This document shows positions 57,760 through 64,000 of a stretch of DNA of 64,000 nucleotides, piece by piece. The position numbers and the translations under genes were made by a program. The stretch's first letter is position 1, and each line of letters opens with the position of its first letter. The notes beneath the pieces are model-generated. The model was not told where the DNA came from, did not search any database, and saw nothing but the letters and a program-made list of their open reading frames with translations. This DNA is from an uncultured Muribaculaceae bacterium (lineage in GTDB: Bacteria; Bacteroidota; Bacteroidia; Bacteroidales; Muribaculaceae): contig CAJOFM010000006.1 of NCBI GenBank assembly GCA_905233915.1, forward strand, positions 16,873 through 80,872, read 5' to 3'.

Positions 57760-58857
57760 TCATTTCCCAGTCTTGTAAATCTCGTTGAGCACGCGCTCGG
57801 TCAAGTCACCGAATATCGGCCCGTTACACATCTGGTGAAAATCCACTTCACCGAATGACAAATTCACCTCAATAATCACGGGGTCCCCGTCCGTGTCAAT
57901 TGCCAGGTCCCACGAGATGAGTTTAGAAGTGGTGCAGAACCGCCCGGCAAGACTCTTGACAAGGGCGCAGCACTTATCATAGCCTTCAATTTTCTGCCCT
58001 TTAAAGACAGGTCCTTGAGGATGCTGCGACCATTGGTCCCCCTTGGTATTATAGGCATACTCCTTGAGCGTGCCATCCTCATTGATGCCACACACGATGC
58101 CTCCCTTGCTTGCATTATCCACGCGCGAGCCGTCACGGCCAAGCCTCAGCACACCCGACAACAGATGCACCTTTCCGTCAAGCACAAGCGACATGATTCT
58201 CACCGTGTTGATGCTCTTGTCATAGATGTTGCCTATTGACTCATGCTGATGCAGAACCTCTTGAATGATAAAATCTTTGGAATCGTTCAGTTCCCGGGTT
58301 AACTCCTCGTCGGTCGTGGCCGAGAGGTCCATGAACTTGATGCCCTTCCCCCCCTGGGAATTACGGGAGGGCTTTTTAATGATCTGCGACTCCTTGCGAC
58401 ACAAGTCCACGGCCTGCTCAATGGTCATGAGCTGATAATCCTTGTCAAGGATAACGCCATTGCACTTCCTGACGATTGCGCGCGGCAATTTGGCATCCTT
58501 GAAGTAAAGGTCATACAGATTCTTGTCATCGAGCTGATGGGAACGTGCCGGATCGGTTAACGTCAAGTCGATATCAAGATACATGATGCTGTCGGGGATG
58601 TAATACTTCAGTTGCCGCTTGTCACTGCAGAAACTATTGTAGAACTCAAACCATCGCATCTCGTCGGCAACGTTCTTGAAGGGTTGCCAGAACCGTATGA
58701 TTTCTTCCCGTTGAGCGCCATCAAGTATGGTCAGATGATTCTGCTTTTTAGCCAGGTCATTGTTGGTGAGTTTCCTGCGGTGTCTCTTGCGATACATCAA
58801 ATGGCCATCCACGTACAGCTTTTCCAGCATGTCATGCAGCTTCATGTAAAGTGACAT
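57760..58857 (-). CDS. Sugar-transfer-associated ATP-grasp protein, paralogue 2
   Basis: Same motifs: KPSRNSQGGKGI, SINTVRI, VDNASKGG, SWDLAI, IEVN. Confidence 0.85.
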   Translation of the reverse strand: MSLYMKLHDMLEKLYVDGHLMYRKRHRRKLTNNDLAKKQNHLTILDGAQREEIIRFWQPFKNVADEMRWFEFYNSFCSDKRQLKYYIPDSIMYLDIDLTLTDPARSHQLDDKNLYDLYFKDAKLPRAIVRKCNGVILDKDYQLMTIEQAVDLCRKESQIIKKPSRNSQGGKGIKFMDLSATTDEELTRELNDSKDFIIQEVLHQHESIGNIYDKSINTVRIMSLVLDGKVHLLSGVLRLGRDGSRVDNASKGGIVCGINEDGTLKEYAYNTKGDQWSQHPQGPVFKGQKIEGYDKCCALVKSLAGRFCTTSKLISWDLAIDTDGDPVIIEVNLSFGEVDFHQMCNGPIFGDLTERVLNEIYKTGK

Positions 58858-58915
58858 CTCTTCCAAATTGAAATTAATGAGGTTAGTAATTCATCAGCTC
58901 TTGTGATAACCATAA

Positions 58916-60019
58916 TCACTGATTCTTGTACACACGGGCCAGCACGCGCTCGGTCAAGTCACCGAACACGGGTCCGTTACACATCTGGTGCATGTTGACA
59001 CCGCCATAGGTGAGATTGACCTCTATCAGAATCGGCTCACCGTCGGCGCCGATGGCAAAGTCCCACGACACGAGGCGGGATGCGCTGCACATGCGGCCAG
59101 CCACCTTGCGGATGACCTCATAACACTTCTCCAGCCCTATGATCTTGACTTCATTGAAAACCGTTCCTTGCGGATGCTGCATCACCTTCTCTCCGTAGTT
59201 GCCAAAAGCGATATCCTTCAAGTAACCCTTTTCATCGATACCGCACATGAGGCCTCCGCTGCTTGCGTTATCGACCTTGGCTCCATCCACGCCCATGCGC
59301 AACAATGCCGACAAGACGTGCACCTCCCCGTCAAACATCAACGAGATGATGCGCAGCGTGTTGATGCTGTTACGGTGTATCTTGTTCAGGCTCTCGTGCT
59401 GGGACACCACTTCCTGAATATTGATGTTGTCATTTTTCTTCTGGGAGAGCCACTTCTTGAACTCCTCCACATTGCATGACGAGAAATCAAAGAATTTCAA
59501 GCCGAAGCCTCCGCACGAGAGTCTTGACTCCTTGCTGATGACATTGCTGGCATTGACGCAAAGGTCCACTGCCTGGTCAAGCGTTATCACCTGGTAATCC
59601 TTGTCAAGGTAGAACCCATCGATTTTCCTCACGATGGTGCGTGGCATGTTCACGTCGTAGAACAACAGGTCATACAGATTCTTGTCGTCCAACTCCTCGC
59701 AGCGCCGGGCGTTGGTGAAAAAAGTGTCTATCTCGGTGAAATAGATGCTGTCAGGAATATAATACTTCAGTTTTGACTTGTCTTCACAGTGGAAATTATA
59801 GAACTCAAACCACCCGATTTCCTTCTCCACGTTGCGATAGGGTTTCCAGAATTCTATAATCTCAGCCTTTTGGGCCGCGCTGATGGGCTCGGCCTGCAGT
59901 CGTCTCTTGCGATAACCTCTGTTAACGGTCCGCTTCCTGGAAATCTTGACCAGGTCCTCGGTGTAAAACTTGACGAAACGGTCACGCAAACCTATCCTGA
60001 TTGAAGATATCAAACTCAT
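58916..60019 (-). CDS. Sugar-transfer-associated ATP-grasp protein, paralogue 1 (start moved to MSLISS)
   Basis: KESRLSCGGFG, SINTLRI, VDNASSGG, SWDFAI, IEVN; TACCTTTG promoter at 60098-60105 (-). Confidence 0.85.
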   Translation of the reverse strand: MSLISSIRIGLRDRFVKFYTEDLVKISRKRTVNRGYRKRRLQAEPISAAQKAEIIEFWKPYRNVEKEIGWFEFYNFHCEDKSKLKYYIPDSIYFTEIDTFFTNARRCEELDDKNLYDLLFYDVNMPRTIVRKIDGFYLDKDYQVITLDQAVDLCVNASNVISKESRLSCGGFGLKFFDFSSCNVEEFKKWLSQKKNDNINIQEVVSQHESLNKIHRNSINTLRIISLMFDGEVHVLSALLRMGVDGAKVDNASSGGLMCGIDEKGYLKDIAFGNYGEKVMQHPQGTVFNEVKIIGLEKCYEVIRKVAGRMCSASRLVSWDFAIGADGEPILIEVNLTYGGVNMHQMCNGPVFGDLTERVLARVYKNQ

Positions 60020-60275
60020 AGACAAAACAGCATTTAATGTGAGTTGTTTAACACCTGTTGTTACGTGGAGGCGACTGAAAACCATCCAGTCATGCCACAA
60101 AGGTAATCATTTTTTTTGATTACTTCCTTAAAACGATGAAAACATGGTGCTTATTTGGAAAATAATGTGTACCTTTGCCCGATTTTTACAAAATTAGCGC
60201 AAACCGAGCGCACAGTCGGGCTTATCCAATGGTGTTGAAACGACGCCTAATTTACCAATATTATAGTAATTTTTT

Positions 60276-62549
60276 ATGACACCTACTACAAAAACCATCG
60301 TACTGAGTGACGGACGTGAGATCACTCTGCAGACTGGAAAGCTTGCCGAGCAAGCCGATGGAGCTGTTGAATTGAGGTTCAACAACACTATGTTGTTGGC
60401 CACCGTATGTTCGGCCAAGGAGGCCGACGAGGGCGTGGACTTCATGCCCCTTACTGTTGAATACAAGGAGAAATTCTCGGCCTATGGCCGCTTCCCCGGT
60501 GGCTTTACCCGCCGCGAGGGCCGCGCCAGCGACTACGAGATCCTGACCGCGCGTCTTGTTGACCGCGTGTTGAGGCCCTTGTTCCCCTCTAACTATCACG
60601 CTAACACTATCGTTCACATCTTGATGTTCTCGAGCGACGGTGTTGACGCCCCCGATGCCCTGGCAGGTCTTGCCGCATCGGCAGCCATCGCAGTGAGCGA
60701 TGTGCCGTTTGAAGAGCCCATTGCCGAGGTGCGCGTTGCACGCATCGACGGCCAATTCGTTATCGACCCGACGTTTGAGCAGATTGAGAAAGCTGACATG
60801 GAATTGATGGTAGGTGCGACTTACGATAATATTATGATGGTCGAGGGCGAAATGGACGAAGTGAGCGAGGATGACCTGATTGCCGCCTTGAAGGCTGCCC
60901 ACGAGGCTATCAAGCCCATGTGCCTGATCCAGAAGGAGTGGGCCCGTGAGCTGGGTGTAGCCAAGCGTGAGTACTGCCACGAGACCGACGACGAGGAACT
61001 CCACGAGCGCGTTCGCAAGGAGATTTATCCCAAGTGCTACGCTGTTGCCCAGGCCGGCAAGGCCGACAAACAGTGGCGCAACGAGACCTTCCAGAAGGCC
61101 TATGACGACTTCATGGAGACCATCCCCGAGGAAGAGCGTGAGGAGAAGGAACCGATGATCAAGCGCTACTACGAGGAAGTGCAGCGCGACGCCGTTCGCC
61201 GTTGCATCCTCGACGAGCACATCCGCCTGGATGGCCGCAAGACCAACGAGATCCGTCCCATCCTGTGCGAGCCCGACTACCTGCCCTACCCCCACGGTTC
61301 GGCCCTGTTCAAGCGTGGCGAGACTCAGGCATTGGCCACCGTCACCCTGGGCACCAAGGACGACGAGAAGCTCATCGATGACGTGCTGCGTCACGAGAAC
61401 GAGCGCTTCCTGTTGCACTACAACTTCCCCGCCTTCTCGACCGGTGAGGCCCGCGCACCCCGTGGTGTAAGCCGCCGCGAGATTGGCCACGGTAACCTGG
61501 CCCACCGCGCCCTCAAGCGCATGATCCCCGAGGACACCCCCTACTGCATCCGCATCGTGAGCGACATCCTGAGCAGTAACGGTTCGTCGTCGATGGCTAC
61601 CGTGTGCGCCGGCTGCATGGCACTGCTCGACGCCGGTATAAAGCTCAAGAAGCCCGTGGCTGGTATCGCTATGGGTCTGATCACCGACGAGGGCAACGTG
61701 AAGCACGCCGTGCTGAGCGACATCCTGGGTGATGAGGACCACCTGGGCGACATGGACTTCAAGGTGACGGGTACCGTTGACGGTATCACCGCCACTCAGA
61801 TGGATATCAAGTGCGACGGTCTGCCCTACGAGATTCTCGAGCAGGCATTGCACCAGGCCAAGGAAGGCCGCCTCCACATCCTCAACCTCATCAACGAGGC
61901 CATTCCCGAGGCTCGTGCCGACTACAAGCCCCACGTGCCCCGCATCGTCACCATGGTTATCGACAAGGAATTCATCGGTGCCGTTATTGGCAAGGGTGGT
62001 GAAGTTATCCAAGGTCTGCAGGAAGAGACCGGCACCAGCATCAGCATCGAGGAGGTTGACGGCAAGGGAATCGTCGAGATTGCTGCCGCCAACAAGGAGA
62101 GCATCGAGGCTGCCGTGGCCCGCATCAAGGCCATCACCGCAGTACCCGAAGAGGGTCAGGTCTATACCGGTAAGGTTGTCAGCATCCTCGAGTTCGGCGC
62201 CTTCGTTGAGTTCATGGCTGGCCGTGACGGCCTGCTGCACATCAGCGAGATCAGCTGGGATCGCCTCGAGAACATGGAGGCCAGCGGTCTGCACGAGGGC
62301 GATGAGGTCACTGTCAAGCTCATCGAGATTGACAAGAAGACCGGCAAGTTCCGCCTGTCGATGCGCGCCCTGCAGGACAAGCCCGAGGGTTATGACGAGC
62401 GTCGCCAGAACGGCCCCCGCGGTCCCCGTGGCAACGGTGGCAATGGCGGCAACGGTGGCAACCGTGGTCCCCGCCCCAACGGTCCCCGCGGTCCCCGTCC
62501 CAACGGCCCGCGCCGTCCCCGCCGTGACGACCGTCGCGACGACGAGTAA
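60276..62549 (+). CDS. pnp: Polyribonucleotide nucleotidyltransferase (PNPase)
   Basis: Two RNase PH domains ([26 protein letters not shown]), KH (IGAVIGKGG), S1; TACCTTTG at 60170. Confidence 0.98.
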   Translation: MTPTTKTIVLSDGREITLQTGKLAEQADGAVELRFNNTMLLATVCSAKEADEGVDFMPLTVEYKEKFSAYGRFPGGFTRREGRASDYEILTARLVDRVLRPLFPSNYHANTIVHILMFSSDGVDAPDALAGLAASAAIAVSDVPFEEPIAEVRVARIDGQFVIDPTFEQIEKADMELMVGATYDNIMMVEGEMDEVSEDDLIAALKAAHEAIKPMCLIQKEWARELGVAKREYCHETDDEELHERVRKEIYPKCYAVAQAGKADKQWRNETFQKAYDDFMETIPEEEREEKEPMIKRYYEEVQRDAVRRCILDEHIRLDGRKTNEIRPILCEPDYLPYPHGSALFKRGETQALATVTLGTKDDEKLIDDVLRHENERFLLHYNFPAFSTGEARAPRGVSRREIGHGNLAHRALKRMIPEDTPYCIRIVSDILSSNGSSSMATVCAGCMALLDAGIKLKKPVAGIAMGLITDEGNVKHAVLSDILGDEDHLGDMDFKVTGTVDGITATQMDIKCDGLPYEILEQALHQAKEGRLHILNLINEAIPEARADYKPHVPRIVTMVIDKEFIGAVIGKGGEVIQGLQEETGTSISIEEVDGKGIVEIAAANKESIEAAVARIKAITAVPEEGQVYTGKVVSILEFGAFVEFMAGRDGLLHISEISWDRLENMEASGLHEGDEVTVKLIEIDKKTGKFRLSMRALQDKPEGYDERRQNGPRGPRGNGGNGGNGGNRGPRPNGPRGPRPNGPRRPRRDDRRDDE

Positions 62550-62574
62550 GAAAGATACTCACATCCATAACACT

Positions 62575-62610
62575 AGTGCCGAGGCCCACAACGCCCCGGC
62601 ACTTTTTTTT
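62575..62610 (+). terminator. pnp terminator
   Basis: AGTGCCG-AGGC...GCCC-CGGCACT followed by a T run. Confidence 0.8.
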
Positions 62611-62634
62611 CCAAAAAACAACTAATTTGATTTG

Positions 62635-62930
62635 GGCATCCGCACCCCCTTTTTCAAACAACATGAACAACAATGAACAACCATAACAACACTATTATTT
62701 AGCATCCGCACCCATTTTTCAAACAACAGAACAACAAATGCTATTTAGGGCCCGGTAAAAGCTCCGCCAGGAGCGGCTAGAGCACAGGCAGATGTGTAAC
62801 GAGGCGAAGCCGAGTGCAACCCCTGCAACAGCGAACACCCGCCCAAGCCCCATCGGGGCGGCAGAAATGGGTAGGGCCTCGCCTTGGCGTGGCCGCATGT
62901 CGTCGGGCGAGGCCGAGGGCCTCGAATTGC
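62635..62930. repeat. Intergenic REP/BIME-like cluster including GTAG-REP copy 2 (62871-62896)
   Basis: GCATCCGCACCC x2, several short GC hairpins, and an exact 26-nt REP copy. Confidence 0.75.
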
Positions 62931-62942
62931 GGCAACACCAGG

Positions 62943-63794
62943 CTATAAGATATATTCGGTATAGTATCCGACGATGTCCAGCGCTTCCATTACGGTGTCA
63001 ATCATCGTGGGGAAGAACAGCCAGATCAATAACATGAAGAAGACAACGACACAGACCGAAACCAAAGCTTGACGCCACAGGGTGCCCCATATCCCATAAC
63101 CGAACAATTGCTTATAACCGACAAAATAATAGGTCATTATCAACAAGTCATAGGCGACAGTAGTGATTATGGATTGGGTGAAATCAAGCGGTATAGTCAA
63201 TATTGACAGCACGATGGTGAGCGTTTGGAAGAACACCTGGATGAAGAAGCCCTCAGGAATCGTGTGGCGGGTGTTGCGTGGCGAGCGCCTGAAGATGACC
63301 CATGTGGGGATGATGGCTAAAGCCGACATAATCAGCATGGCCCAACTATAGTGTTCCCTGATCCACAACTTATACCCTACCACTCCCTGTTCCTCCAGCG
63401 GCAGTTTCAACACTTCGGGGAAAAACCAAAAGTAGATATTGGCATAAATCAAAGCGATGATAAACAGCATCTTGACCGGCGGGAAACTCAACTTCCGCTT
63501 GCCACTGATGTAGTCACCGATGAAATAACCCGGGCGGTACAACAGCTGCCAGACGGACAGGGTCATCGACCGCGTGCCCAGACCCCAAACGTCCATCACA
63601 CCAATCAGGACGCTGCGCCAAGTGATGCGCCCAAGTTCCGCCTTTTGGGAACAGCGCGGACAAAAGTTCCCGCGATAGCTGTGTCCACAGCATTGGCAGC
63701 GATGCTCCTCTTCGCTCAAGGGACTGAACGGGGGCGTCCGCCGCACCCAGCGCCTGAAGCGCACAAATCCTCTTTTCAGTTGTTGTAGGTTCAT
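62943..63794 (-). CDS. DUF3667-like membrane protein
   Basis: N-terminal zinc ribbon CQCCG...NFCPRCSQ, L.RPG..I..YI.GKR, several TMs. Confidence 0.82.
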   Translation of the reverse strand: MNLQQLKRGFVRFRRWVRRTPPFSPLSEEEHRCQCCGHSYRGNFCPRCSQKAELGRITWRSVLIGVMDVWGLGTRSMTLSVWQLLYRPGYFIGDYISGKRKLSFPPVKMLFIIALIYANIYFWFFPEVLKLPLEEQGVVGYKLWIREHYSWAMLIMSALAIIPTWVIFRRSPRNTRHTIPEGFFIQVFFQTLTIVLSILTIPLDFTQSIITTVAYDLLIMTYYFVGYKQLFGYGIWGTLWRQALVSVCVVVFFMLLIWLFFPTMIDTVMEALDIVGYYTEYIL

Positions 63795-63957
63795 TGCATC
63801 TATTGCACTTTATTTTAGGCTTGTGCAAAATTACGCAAAAACCGCTATCAAACAACACCTTGCCTCAAAAAAACCGACAATTTTTCACCACCCCCCTACG
63901 CTGCGACGACAAGTAAACCCCGACGGTGTATCAGGCAAGGGGGTCGCCTGGCCGGGG

Positions 63958-63983
63958 GCGGCCACGCCAAGGCGAGGCCCTAC
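63958..63983 (-). repeat. GTAG-type REP-like repeat, copy 3
   Basis: Exact reverse complement of 6957-6982. Confidence 0.85.
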
Positions 63984-64000
63984 CTGCCCGACGCCCCCTC

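Noticed and set aside
56020-60275. Graspetide/RiPP cluster around the ATP-grasp genes
   Set aside because: No precursor peptide with repeated cores, and no protease or exporter is visible.
60261-62294. 677-aa ORF antisense to pnp
   Set aside because: Shadow ORF of a highly biased gene.

Overview
This is a chromosomal window from a Bacteroidales bacterium: TAnnTTTG promoters, Bacteroidetes-type pnp, rpsO and the DUF4199/GT2/DUF6452/DUF6048 block. The dockerin-tailed and CTD-tailed secreted proteins suggest a rumen Muribaculaceae-like lineage (inference). Housekeeping content includes recA, rarA, tRNA-Val(TAC), apbE, rpsO, pnp, a CDF transporter, a CapD-like gene, a hybrid two-component system and an alanine/glycine symporter. 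A complete glycerophosphodiester locus is present (glpR, glpABC, glpT, GDPD lipoprotein, OprO/P-type porin). Accessory content: (i) seven secreted proteins, four ending in one T9SS-like C-terminal domain and three in a duplicated type-I dockerin; one CTD protein has a cohesin-like core and may be a surface adaptor for the dockerins; (ii) an orphan phage pair (intact terminase large subunit plus a virion-stabilisation-like protein) with its own host-type promoter and terminator; (iii) a kinase-like/AAA fusion with YbjN and lipoprotein genes; (iv) a stand-alone Y1 HUH transposase in mirror-image hairpin flanks, plus several REP-like repeat families; (v) three tandem ATP-grasp paralogues between rpsO and pnp. 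All family calls come from motifs read by eye; no searches were run.
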